Of a stretch of 64,000 nt of DNA, positions 9,861 through 19,376 are shown in pieces (the stretch's first letter is position 1; each line of letters opens with the position of its first letter). The notes below the pieces were generated by a model. It ran no database searches and was not told the DNA's origin. It saw only the letters and a list, made by a program, of their open reading frames with translations. The stretch covers positions 8,560 to 72,559 of the forward strand of contig DXJF01000032.1 in the NCBI GenBank assembly GCA_019057375.1, read 5' to 3'. Made by a program: the position numbers and the translations under genes. The DNA is from Candidatus Heimdallarchaeota archaeon (lineage in GTDB: Archaea > Asgardarchaeota > Heimdallarchaeia > Heimdallarchaeales > Heimdallarchaeaceae).

Positions 9861-10511
9861 CTATTTTTCTCCTAAAAGGAAAATTCGAAATGGATGAACT
9901 CCAGGTTTCATTATCTCAGCGTCTACAACAGGATCATTTTTTACGAAATCTTCTGCTTCCTTTAGACTATTTGCAGTGAATATTGTTAAACCAAATTGGC
10001 CTTCAGCAAGAATTGGACCTGCAAGTAAAAGTTGTTTTTCATCAAACTTACTTTTCAAATGCTCAAAATGAATTTCCATTATTTTGCCTTCTTCTTCAGT
10101 CATATCATTAATGAATGTTGATCGTCCAGTTATTGTTCCCATATAGATTTTAGTTTCATCATCATATATTGATTCAATATCAAGAAACTCCTCTTCCAGT
10201 ACTTCTGGTACTTCTTCTTCAGTAACAAGTGAAGCTTTGAATTTGTAAAGAGAAACTTTGAGCAACCGGTTGTAAACATATGGATCATTTCTGATGATTC
10301 CTTTAGCTTCCTCTTCATTTTTTGATTGAATTATAACAAACTCGCAGAAATTATCAAGGGAAGTACCTGCAAAAACTAATTTGTTTTCTTTCTTTAAATC
10401 CTTTAGAAAATTCCAATGTTTAATGATTATATCGCTATAATCGTAAAAGGATTCTTTTAATTTTTTATCGGATAAATCATACAGAAAAATAAACTCATTT
10501 TCCTCTGTCAT
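9861..10511 (-). CDS. Tandem YciI-like (dimeric alpha-beta barrel) domain protein
   Basis: Two repeats of H..L......L..AG....A......DP.V. Confidence 0.8.
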   Translation of the reverse strand: MTEENEFIFLYDLSDKKLKESFYDYSDIIIKHWNFLKDLKKENKLVFAGTSLDNFCEFVIIQSKNEEEAKGIIRNDPYVYNRLLKVSLYKFKASLVTEEEVPEVLEEEFLDIESIYDDETKIYMGTITGRSTFINDMTEEEGKIMEIHFEHLKSKFDEKQLLLAGPILAEGQFGLTIFTANSLKEAEDFVKNDPVVDAEIMKPGVHPFRIFLLGEK

Positions 10512-10583
10512 ATGACTTTATATTTCATTTCAGATTTAATATCTTTTTGAAAGACCACGAAAAAGAGAAAAGGGAAAGAAAAA

Positions 10584-11837
10584 TTAGAATTTATCAGTGT
10601 CTTCTCTTGCCCATTCATCAGGATCATATTTAGGGGGCATACATCTAAGAGGTTTATCCTCATAGTATCCAAGTTCATATCTAGCCTGAATAATTTTCTG
10701 AATTTCATTGGTTCCCTCATATATAGTTGCACCACGAACATTTCTGTAATAACGTGCAACAGGATAGTCATCTGAAAAACCATATGCTCCATGAATTTGA
10801 ATAGCTCTATCAGCACACCTAACAGCTGCATTTGTGGCATACCACTTAGCAAGAGAAGTTTCTCTAGTATTTACCTTTCCTAAGTTCTTTGTCCAACCAG
10901 CTTTCCAAGTAAATAACTCAGCAGCTTCAATGTCGGAAACACTTTCAGCTATCATACCTTGAATGAATTGGTGCTGACCGATTTTTTTACCGAAAGTTTC
11001 ACGTTCGTTAGCATATTTTACAGCTGCTTCCAACGAAGCTTTTGCTCCGCCAACTGCACCACCAGCAACAGTATATCGTCCCCAATCAAGTGCAGCCATG
11101 GCAACCTTGAAACCTTCCTCAGGCAAACCAAGTAAGTTTTCTTTTGGAACAGGAGTATTTTCAAAATTAACCCATCCTGTTTCACCAGCTTTTACCCCCA
11201 TTTTATGATGAAGATTCCCTGATGTAACCCCACCAAAATCACGTTCAACAATGAAAGCTCTCATGCCTTTATGCCGAACATCTATTTCATAAGCAAAGAC
11301 AAGGAAAATATCAGAAGATTCAGTGTAGCTTATCCACATTTTTTCTCCATTAACAATCCACTCATCACCTTCAAGACGACAAGTAGCTTTCAATCCTGCA
11401 GGATCACTTCCAGCAGCTGGTTCAGTTAAACCATATGTGCTCATCTTCTCCCCTGAGGTTAAGATGGGTAGGTATTGTTTTTTTTGTTCCATATTACCCC
11501 ATTGCCATATAGTTGAACAGACTAATCCATTGTGAACTGACAAAATTACTCTAAATGAGGTGTCGATTCTTTCTAATTCTTCACAAGCTATAGCCAAAGC
11601 AATATAATCAAGACCTCCGCCTCCATATTTTACAGGGATACTAATACCAAGAAGACCTTGTTCTGCCATCTTTTTTAATATGGGTCTGTAAAAAGTATGT
11701 GCTTGATCCCATTCTTTTATGTTAGGAGCAATCTCTGCTTCTGCAAACTCTCTCACACTTTGTCTTACCATTTTATGAGTTTCAGATAACTCAAAATGAG
11801 GACCTATTTCGCTGAATTGTTCGTACATGTTTATCAC
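10584..11837 (-). CDS. Acyl-CoA dehydrogenase
   Basis: GLTEPAAGSD, NGEKMWI, RETFGKKIGQHQ, AIQIHGAYG, catalytic IYEGTNEIQ. Confidence 0.95.
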   Translation of the reverse strand: MINMYEQFSEIGPHFELSETHKMVRQSVREFAEAEIAPNIKEWDQAHTFYRPILKKMAEQGLLGISIPVKYGGGGLDYIALAIACEELERIDTSFRVILSVHNGLVCSTIWQWGNMEQKKQYLPILTSGEKMSTYGLTEPAAGSDPAGLKATCRLEGDEWIVNGEKMWISYTESSDIFLVFAYEIDVRHKGMRAFIVERDFGGVTSGNLHHKMGVKAGETGWVNFENTPVPKENLLGLPEEGFKVAMAALDWGRYTVAGGAVGGAKASLEAAVKYANERETFGKKIGQHQFIQGMIAESVSDIEAAELFTWKAGWTKNLGKVNTRETSLAKWYATNAAVRCADRAIQIHGAYGFSDDYPVARYYRNVRGATIYEGTNEIQKIIQARYELGYYEDKPLRCMPPKYDPDEWAREDTDKF

Positions 11838-11941
11838 ACTTTACAATAGTTAACAAAGTAGTGTTTTCTTGTTTCTTTAAAAGTTTCTGAATGAATATGA
11901 AGAAAAAAATATAGTTTGCTTTTAATTCTGAAGAATTATCT

Positions 11942-12373
11942 TTAATTGAAAGTTTCTTCAATTAGTGAAACAAAATAATCTTTTGAAAAACTGCTATCTT
12001 TTAATTCAACTAGATTCCATTTTCCACTTCTTATTGCATCAATTGCACCTACTTCTACTAATGTGCTTATATGATGAGAAACTGTGGATTGTGACAATTT
12101 GAGCAAGTGTTCTATTTCACAAGCACATCTAACTCCATTCATTATTAGCATGAGAATTAGTAATCTATTTTTATTTGCTAGTGCTTTGAATAACTTAAGC
12201 ATCTTATTTATTTTTTTATCCTTCATCATTGATGGCACTTGAACTTCAATTTTCTCTAATTCTTGTATTCTTTTCTTTGCTGCTTCATTCACAATACCTT
12301 GTTCGAACAGTTGACCGAGTTTCTGTTCTAGTTCTTTCATTGCATGTTCGTGTTTATAGCTAGTCATTGTCAA
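11942..12373 (-). CDS. arsR: ArsR/SmtB family transcriptional repressor
   Basis: FKALANKNRLLIL, RCACEI (alpha3 Cys site), LSQSTVSHHI HTH. Divergent from an ArsP-like permease. Confidence 0.85.
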   Translation of the reverse strand: MTMTSYKHEHAMKELEQKLGQLFEQGIVNEAAKKRIQELEKIEVQVPSMMKDKKINKMLKLFKALANKNRLLILMLIMNGVRCACEIEHLLKLSQSTVSHHISTLVEVGAIDAIRSGKWNLVELKDSSFSKDYFVSLIEETFN

Positions 12374-12458
12374 ACCACATTATATTTCAAGTGACATAAA
12401 AGTTTCTATTAAAACGAAAGTTTATTACAATTCTCGCTGGTCTAATCAACAAATTTAT

Positions 12459-12478
12459 ATATCGAATTTTTTCGATAT
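12459..12478. promoter_or_regulatory. Perfect inverted repeat ATATCGAA-N4-TTCGATAT overlapping a TATA-like TTTATATA; probable ArsR operator
   Basis: Read directly in the arsR/permease intergenic region. Confidence 0.6.
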
Positions 12479-12531
12479 GAGTTAATGGAGGAATTAGCTT
12501 AGCATCAGCATTTTGGTTAACAATTCTTTCA

Positions 12532-13878
12532 ATGCTACAGGGAGGATTGTTTTCTCTTGCTGATTATCTTTCACTTCATGTACTTCTATGTTTAATTCCT
12601 GCGTTCTTTATTGCTGGAGCAATGATTGTTTTTGTTCCAAAGGAGCTTATTGTGAAGTATATGGGAAAAGATTCTAGAAGGATTGTTGCATATCCAGTAG
12701 CAGCAATTTCAGGATTATTATTAGCTGTATGTTCATGTACAGTTTTGCCATTGTTTGCAGGTATTAAAAAGAAGGGAGCGGGTTTAGGCCCAGCAATGAC
12801 ATTTTTGTTCTCTGCGCCTGCAGTGAATATACTAGCTTTAACCTATACAGGGACACTTATCGGAATGGACATTGCAATTGCCAGAGCAATTCTAGCCCTT
12901 GCTTTTGCAATAATTATTGGTCTTATTATGGAATTTATATTCAGAGACAAAAAGAAAGAAATGATAGTTGATCTAGAAACAGATGAAGATGATGATACAA
13001 ATACTCAAACTGAGATTCAAGAGAGAAACAAATTAAATCTCAATACATTAGCAAGAGTAGCAATAATCATATCCATCTTAATTGTTGGAATACTAATTGC
13101 TTTCTTTAACAGAACTAATCTTCAAGCACTAGGGGTCAATAATCCACCTTTAATCCAAACTATTATCTGGGGCGTAGGTTTATCTTTACTAATCGCAAGT
13201 TTCTTCTTTGTCAAAAATACTAAAATCAATCTTTTTTCTGGATTAATCTATTTATTATTCACAGGAACCTCACAAATTAGTTACTTCTCAGTTACTGACC
13301 CCAGTAATAGTGTACTACCCGGATCTTTTGAATATTTCAAATCTGAAGCATTTAGAATCGATTTAGCAAACATGGGAATTAAGGCTGTTCTTTCAATCAT
13401 AGTTGGAATCGCGATTGTGGTGTATGTTGTAAAGAGATTTGATAAAGAAGATAGTAAAGAATGGATGAGGGAGATTTGGTTTTTCATCAAGAAAATTGTT
13501 CCTTATCTCATTATAGGAGTCTTTGTAGCAGGGATGCTCAAAGAATTAATTCCACCAGAGTTTATTCAGAATCTTGTTGGAAACAACTCAGTAGTTGCAA
13601 ATCTTATAGGAGTAACTTTTGGTGTAGTTGCATATTTCCCAACATTAATGGAAGTACCAATAGCTCAAATGTTTCTAGACCTTGGAATGGCTAGAGGGGT
13701 CTTACTTGCTTACTTGTTAGCAGATCCAGAACTGTCTATTCAGAGTATTTTAGTTACACGCAAATTTATTGGAGATAAGAAAAATTATGTTTACTTACTG
13801 CTAGTAATAGTCTTTACAGTTTTAGCAGGATTATTATTTGGTTTAATTGTTTCGAACGAACCAATAACATTTTTTTAA
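12532..13878 (+). CDS. DUF318/ArsP-like permease
   Basis: LLAVCSCTVLPLF, GPAMTFLFSAPAVN, YFPTLMEVP, PELS; multiple TM helices. Confidence 0.88.
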   Translation: MLQGGLFSLADYLSLHVLLCLIPAFFIAGAMIVFVPKELIVKYMGKDSRRIVAYPVAAISGLLLAVCSCTVLPLFAGIKKKGAGLGPAMTFLFSAPAVNILALTYTGTLIGMDIAIARAILALAFAIIIGLIMEFIFRDKKKEMIVDLETDEDDDTNTQTEIQERNKLNLNTLARVAIIISILIVGILIAFFNRTNLQALGVNNPPLIQTIIWGVGLSLLIASFFFVKNTKINLFSGLIYLLFTGTSQISYFSVTDPSNSVLPGSFEYFKSEAFRIDLANMGIKAVLSIIVGIAIVVYVVKRFDKEDSKEWMREIWFFIKKIVPYLIIGVFVAGMLKELIPPEFIQNLVGNNSVVANLIGVTFGVVAYFPTLMEVPIAQMFLDLGMARGVLLAYLLADPELSIQSILVTRKFIGDKKNYVYLLLVIVFTVLAGLLFGLIVSNEPITFF

Positions 13879-13895
13879 ATATTAGGTGAAAAAAT

Positions 13896-14141
13896 ATGTC
13901 AAATATGAAATTAATTCAAGTTGTAGGAAAAGGTTGTAAAAAGTGCGATAAGCAGTATGAATTAGTTCTTGAAGCAGTAAAAACAGCTGGAAAAGAAAAT
14001 GAATACAGAGTTGAACATTTTACAGATATAACCAAATTTGCTGATCTTGACGTTTTCTTGACACCAGCACTAAGAATAGATGGAAAGGTAGTAAGTGAGG
14101 GTAGAGTGATAGGCGTAGAGAAAATAAAGAATATGCTTTAA
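13896..14141 (+). CDS. Small thioredoxin-fold redox-active disulfide protein (MTH895-like)
   Basis: GKGCKKC and TPALRIDG; typical partner of DUF318 permeases. Confidence 0.88.
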   Translation: MSNMKLIQVVGKGCKKCDKQYELVLEAVKTAGKENEYRVEHFTDITKFADLDVFLTPALRIDGKVVSEGRVIGVEKIKNML

Positions 14142-14279
14142 GATATATAATAATCAATCAACCCAACTTTTTCAGAATAGGAACTAAATAGTGTTTGCTT
14201 CTTTGAAAAGAATTTTAACCTTTCAAATGAAATATATCTTTGGGGAACTTCGTAAATCATTCAATATAGGTTGAAAAAC

Positions 14280-14942
14280 ATGGCGGATGAAATTAAACAC
14301 TATGCTACTGGTTCAGTAATTCCTCTAGGGGATGGGTTCACAGGAAAATCAGTATTATCACGTCTAATTATTAATCCTGATGTTTCTGATGAAGAACTAA
14401 ATGACATACTTCTGAAAACTAAAAAATCCTACAATATTGAAATAGAATTTAGTAGTGAGGTCATAGAAGTAGATAGCTTACCAGTCACAACAACCTTGCA
14501 ATTCTACGTATTTCCAGGTCAAAGGCAAAAAGCTTCTTCTCGAAGTACAACTTTTAATGAAATTCTATCTGTTTTTGATTGTTTTCCAGCTTTGTTGAGA
14601 GTATCTGCATTATTATTAATTTATGATGTATCTCGGTTTAGCACACTTGAGTCATTAGAGATATGGTTGCGATTTGCAATCGTAAAAGAATGGATTTATG
14701 AAGACACTTTAATTTTACTTGTTCCAAATAAAGTAGATCTTGAAAAACCAAAACAAAAGGATATAGATCAAATAGTCTCAACAATTTATGAATATATAGT
14801 AGATCACAATCTACCAATTGATGTTAATCACATCAAAGCTATAAATTCCTCTTGTGTAACTCTTGAAGGGATTAATGAGATTAGAGAGGAAGTAGTAGAT
14901 TGGATAGCTCATCGAGGAATTCGCGGAGTTGGAATAAAGTAA
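14280..14942 (+). CDS. Ras/Rab-like small GTPase-fold protein with degenerate G2/G3
   Basis: G1 GDGFTGKS, G4 NKVD, LLIYDVS...LESLEIW. G3 reads YVFPGQ instead of DxxGQ. Confidence 0.78.
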   Translation: MADEIKHYATGSVIPLGDGFTGKSVLSRLIINPDVSDEELNDILLKTKKSYNIEIEFSSEVIEVDSLPVTTTLQFYVFPGQRQKASSRSTTFNEILSVFDCFPALLRVSALLLIYDVSRFSTLESLEIWLRFAIVKEWIYEDTLILLVPNKVDLEKPKQKDIDQIVSTIYEYIVDHNLPIDVNHIKAINSSCVTLEGINEIREEVVDWIAHRGIRGVGIK

Positions 14943-15114
14943 TTTTTAGCTAATTTTTCTCCACTAGAAATATAGGTCATTTCTACTGCCGAGAAGGTGG
15001 GAAGTTCTTGTAATGATACCCTTGTTAGAATGTCCCCCTCTTTGCAAAATAATGAAAATAGATATTTTCGGATTTAGGGGACGATTTAATAAATACTCTT
15101 ACTGTACATATTTT

Positions 15115-15708
15115 ATGTCTGAAGAAGAAAATATTCCTGAAATACCTGGAGTTGATCCTAACACAAACAAAGTTACACCATGCCAAGAGATTATCATAAA
15201 TGAGATTCCAACTGGTTCAATTATTGATATTGGAGCAGGAGGTGAAGGAGTTATTGCACAGGTTGGTGGGAAAAGAGTTACTGCAATAGATAAGCGTCAA
15301 TCTGAAATTGATGAAGCGAAAGATAAAGCTCCTGATGCAAATTGGATGGTAGCAGATGCACTGAACTTACCTTTTGAAAATGAGGAGTTTGACAATGCAA
15401 CTTCCTTTTTCTGCGGTATGTATATGTCCAATGAAGATAAGAAGAAATCAATTGAAGAGATTTATAGAGTATTATCATCTGGTGGAGAATTTTGGATTTG
15501 GGATTCAATATTTGATACAGATAAAGAGAGTTTCATAATTGTATTAGCAATATCTCTACCTGATAAAGAAAAATTCAGCACTGGTTATGGGGCTTCATTA
15601 AAATTTCAAAATGAAGAATTTTACATTGAATATCTTGAAGAAGCAGGTTTCAGTATAGAAGAAAAAGAAGTGCATAAATACTGGTTTTTTATCAAAGCAA
15701 AGAAATAG
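15115..15708 (+). CDS. Class I SAM-dependent methyltransferase
   Basis: IIDIGAGGEG, ADALNLPFENEEFD. Start refined to ATG 15115. Confidence 0.85.
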   Translation: MSEEENIPEIPGVDPNTNKVTPCQEIIINEIPTGSIIDIGAGGEGVIAQVGGKRVTAIDKRQSEIDEAKDKAPDANWMVADALNLPFENEEFDNATSFFCGMYMSNEDKKKSIEEIYRVLSSGGEFWIWDSIFDTDKESFIIVLAISLPDKEKFSTGYGASLKFQNEEFYIEYLEEAGFSIEEKEVHKYWFFIKAKK

Positions 15709-15842
15709 ATCACACACTCCTAATAATGTAAATTAGAAATTAGTTGTGATTTTTTGTTCCTTTTTTAAGTTTTTTTAGAAAAGATTATATGAGCACACAA
15801 AGACATATGTGATTACATATTATTGCACAAGGAGATTTGAAA

Positions 15843-16771
15843 ATGATAATTTCAAAGGGAACAATAGCTTCAATAATTATAATAACAATTGCAGGAATGG
15901 CTTTTACAGCAGGTTTTCTCCAAGAAGGGGTTTTATCGGATGTAGAGGAAGCAAGTGTTAAAGTTTCAGAAAAAGAATTTGTTTAGCAAGAATGGATTCA
16001 GGAATCAGAAAGATAATAGAAGATGATCGCGCAAGACTAAGGAGTGGATTTGATGAAGTTAGACGAGCTCAAGAAATAGCTCTTGAATTGGAAATAACTA
16101 ATGATACGCTTACTGATATTGAAAGAAACTTACTCATCAATAAGATCAGCAATGCGCTATATAATTATATTTCGTTTGCATATTTCACAGATATAGTAAC
16201 AATGTACAATCATTGGTATGTAGATGGTAATATTTCCGATTATTATTTTGCCACAGAACAAAGAGAAGGCTTCGATTTATTTTACTCAAAGGAGGAATTT
16301 GAAACTTTTAATGCCAGTAAACGTATTTTAAGGATACAAACAGACGTACAATTTTTTGGACACTTTTCGTTTGCAGAGTATATAATGTCGTTTGGTATCA
16401 CGCCAACTGAATTCTTAAGACCTAACGTTCATGAAAATTATGTGGAATTTCTAAAACAACCGTTATTTGCCCTTCAACAAGAAATAATTGATACAAAAAT
16501 CGTGATCTCTGAATTAGAGAATAAAGCAGGTCTTCATGGATATGGAGTATCTTTAATCACAATTTCTACAATTTTAGCAGCTGCAATGGCAACACAATTG
16601 AATGATAGGGATAGAGAAAGGGAGTTTTCTCAGGTTAAAGCAAAACTCTTCGATGATAAATCAATGATAGTTACTAAACGGAATAAAATTGCTATGCCAT
16701 TCTTATTTGTAGCTCTTATATTATCAGCACTTGGTTTATTACTACCGATTCTCTTTAGATTAATATTTTAA
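15843..16771 (+). pseudogene. Membrane protein apparently split by a 1-nt frameshift near 15962-15986
   Basis: ATG 15843 gives a TM leader (MIISKGTIASIIIITIAGMAFTAGFLQEGVLSD...) that stops at 15984-15986. The track ORF 15992-16771 is in another frame that is open back to 15962. Confidence 0.55.
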
Positions 16772-16866
16772 ATCCATTATTTTTCTTTTTTTCCTTTTCA
16801 TCTAAGAAATTTTCAAATCATACAGTCAAAGAGTATTTTTTTATACTATGTTTTTTTTCTTTCATT

Positions 16867-18138
16867 ATGTCTTCTTCAGAATATATCACATGTTTCTATT
16901 GTTCTGAATATTCAAGAATCGCAAATGATTATCCTATCAATTTTGCTTCTAAAGATGTGGATTCTTTTACACCTCGATGCTTCCTCCATTGGGAATATGA
17001 ATGCGGTAAATGTGGAGAGATGACTCATTTTAATGGGATTTCTTGGTGTTCCAGTTGTAAAGAGTTTACTTGTTTACGTTGCGTTGAGGAGAAAATGGAG
17101 AAAAAAGAATTTCTAATTTATGATTACTTTTACAAAATTCCTTGTCATAGTTGTGGAAAATACAGTCCAGCTTTAGATTTTGCAGAATATGAGGGAACAC
17201 ATCCTTTTCAAATTGGGGATCTTATCCCAGAAGAAGAGACAGTAGTTTGGATGCCCATCCATTTAGAAGAATTGAAATTTCAAACATTTCCTCATAAAGC
17301 ATGGGGATTGAAAAGAATACTTTCACTAGGAAAATATGTGGAATTTAAGAGACTTGATTCACTTGGTGATTATGACCCAAAGTCTACTTGGGATGCTTTA
17401 GCACCATTTTGGGAACCCCTTTTTCATGATGGAGGAGATTACCATCACAAATATAAGATTCTTCCAGAAGTATATCGTTTGCTTGATGTTATGAAAGATG
17501 AAAAAGTCCTAGATGTAGCATGTGGTGAAGGAAATGTTGCCAGAAATCTAACAAAACAAGGAGCACAAGTAATAGGTGTTGATATCTCTAAATTGGTTGA
17601 CTATGCAATCGAGAGAGAAAAAGAAGAAAAGTTAGGCATTAAATATTTGAAACTAAATGCTGAAAAACTAGCTAGTAAATTTACAGAAGCATCTTTTGAT
17701 AAAGCCATATGTAATATGGCATTAATGGACATAGAAAATTATAAAACAACAATTGAGCAAATTTCATATGTTCTTAAGGAAGATGGAATCTTTGTTTTTA
17801 GCATTACACACCCAGCTTTCGCTTGGCCAACATGTACTTCTTTTCGAGTTCCAAAAGGTAGTCAAAGAAACGAAGATAAACTACGATTAGTACTAGATTA
17901 TTTTGATGAAAGACCAACGCTTATTGATTATGGAAATGATACACCATCTCTTCAATTCCCCAGGACTATAAGTTCTTATCTTAATGAGTTGGTAAAAAAC
18001 GATTTAATTCTTATGGAGATGTGTGAACCACAAGCTTCAGAAGAACTTGTTAATAAATTTCCAAGAAATGCTTACATGGATGATGACATATACCCTGATT
18101 TTCTGATTATTAAAACTATCAAGAAATCAGAGTTTTAG
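16867..18138 (+). CDS. Cys-rich N-terminal domain fused to class I SAM-dependent methyltransferase
   Basis: Five CxxC pairs plus CxxH in the first 120 aa; VLDVACGEG and AICNMALMDI in the C-terminal half. Confidence 0.8.
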   Translation: MSSSEYITCFYCSEYSRIANDYPINFASKDVDSFTPRCFLHWEYECGKCGEMTHFNGISWCSSCKEFTCLRCVEEKMEKKEFLIYDYFYKIPCHSCGKYSPALDFAEYEGTHPFQIGDLIPEEETVVWMPIHLEELKFQTFPHKAWGLKRILSLGKYVEFKRLDSLGDYDPKSTWDALAPFWEPLFHDGGDYHHKYKILPEVYRLLDVMKDEKVLDVACGEGNVARNLTKQGAQVIGVDISKLVDYAIEREKEEKLGIKYLKLNAEKLASKFTEASFDKAICNMALMDIENYKTTIEQISYVLKEDGIFVFSITHPAFAWPTCTSFRVPKGSQRNEDKLRLVLDYFDERPTLIDYGNDTPSLQFPRTISSYLNELVKNDLILMEMCEPQASEELVNKFPRNAYMDDDIYPDFLIIKTIKKSEF

Positions 18139-18921
18139 TTTTAGTATGATGGGACAATGATCTGAACCCATAGCTTCAGAAAGCATACGAGATTCTGTTA
18201 CTTTGTCTATCAAATCTTCTGACACAAAGAAGTAGTCTATTCTCCAACCGACATTTCTATCTCTAGCTCCTATATTCCTCACAGACCACCAAGTGTAATG
18301 TTCAGGTTCTTTATTGAAATGCCGAAAGCTGTCAATAAACCCATGAGAAACTAGTTTGTCCATCCATTTACGTTCTTTTGGAAGAAATCCTGAAGTATCT
18401 TCATTTGTTTTTGGATGTGTTAAATCAATTTCCTTGTGAGCTGTGTTAACATCTCCACAGATAATTACTGACTTCCCTTGTTTTTTTAGATTAATCACAT
18501 GCTCCAAGAATACTTCATAAAAATCCATTTTGAATTTGAGTCTTTCAGCATTTAATTTGCCATTTGGAAAGTAGACATTAAGCAATACAAAGTCAGAAAA
18601 TTCTGTTTCAATCAGTCTACCCTCATTATTTAACCTTTCAACTGCTAACTTTGTGTTTACGCTTATTGGTTTAACCTTGGAATAAGTTACAACACCACTA
18701 TATCCTTTTCTTTCAGCTGATGACCAGTTACTTTGATATCCTTGAGGATTTAGTAACTTACCAGTTAATTGCTCTGGATGTGCTTTAGTCTCCTGAAGAC
18801 TTAAAAAATCTGGAGAAACCTTGTGTAACCAATCATTAAATTTTAGTTTTTCAGAAATTTCTTTCTTGGAAACAGCTCTTATCCCATTCACATTCCATGA
18901 AATCAAGGTAAGTTCTTTCAC
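18127..18921 (-). CDS. xth: Exodeoxyribonuclease III
   Basis: SWNVNG, LQETK, GYSGV, YFPNG, GDVNTAH, GWRIDY, SDHCP. Confidence 0.96.
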   Translation of the reverse strand: MKELTLISWNVNGIRAVSKKEISEKLKFNDWLHKVSPDFLSLQETKAHPEQLTGKLLNPQGYQSNWSSAERKGYSGVVTYSKVKPISVNTKLAVERLNNEGRLIETEFSDFVLLNVYFPNGKLNAERLKFKMDFYEVFLEHVINLKKQGKSVIICGDVNTAHKEIDLTHPKTNEDTSGFLPKERKWMDKLVSHGFIDSFRHFNKEPEHYTWWSVRNIGARDRNVGWRIDYFFVSEDLIDKVTESRMLSEAMGSDHCPIILKLKL

Positions 18922-19145
18922 AAGTTGGTTTCATTATTTGCGTCTTAAAGTTTGTGTGCTGGCCATTTTTTGAGCTTTAACCATTCAGCTAAAGCCTTGC
19001 ACCTCTCCCTTAACATCTTTAAGGAATAAACTAAATTATAGTCTAATCCAGTTACGTTATTTGACCAAATAGTTTAACCATTAATCGAATTAATTAAAAA
19101 AATCCTTTAATAAAGGGGTGATTATGTAATATTAGGTGCAAAAAA

Positions 19146-19268
19146 ATGGCAATGAAAATCAAAACTGGAAAAACAAAAAATCAGAAAATCAACCAAAGGT
19201 TAGAAAATGAATATAGTAGAATAAATCAACTAACTTTAGCTGCAAAAAATGGTGTATTTAACTACTAA
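19146..19268 (+). CDS. Putative 40-aa basic small protein (not in ORF track)
   Basis: MAMKIKTGKTKNQKINQRLENEYSRINQLTLAAKNGVFNY, preceded by AGGTG, the RBS-like motif seen before other genes here. Sits alone in a 455 bp gap. Confidence 0.4.
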   Translation: MAMKIKTGKTKNQKINQRLENEYSRINQLTLAAKNGVFNY

Positions 19269-19376
19269 CCTTTCTTTTCTTCTTCTATTAAAGAAAGAAC
19301 TTTTTCTTCAATTAACTCTCTAACTTTTCTACTTTCATTAACTGATTTGTCTTTACGATTATCTAAATACCAATTT

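Noticed and set aside
14943-15114. Short minus-strand frame and the upstream extension of the 15013 ORF
   Set aside because: No recognisable motif or RBS. The AT-rich stretch before ATG 15115 looks like a promoter.
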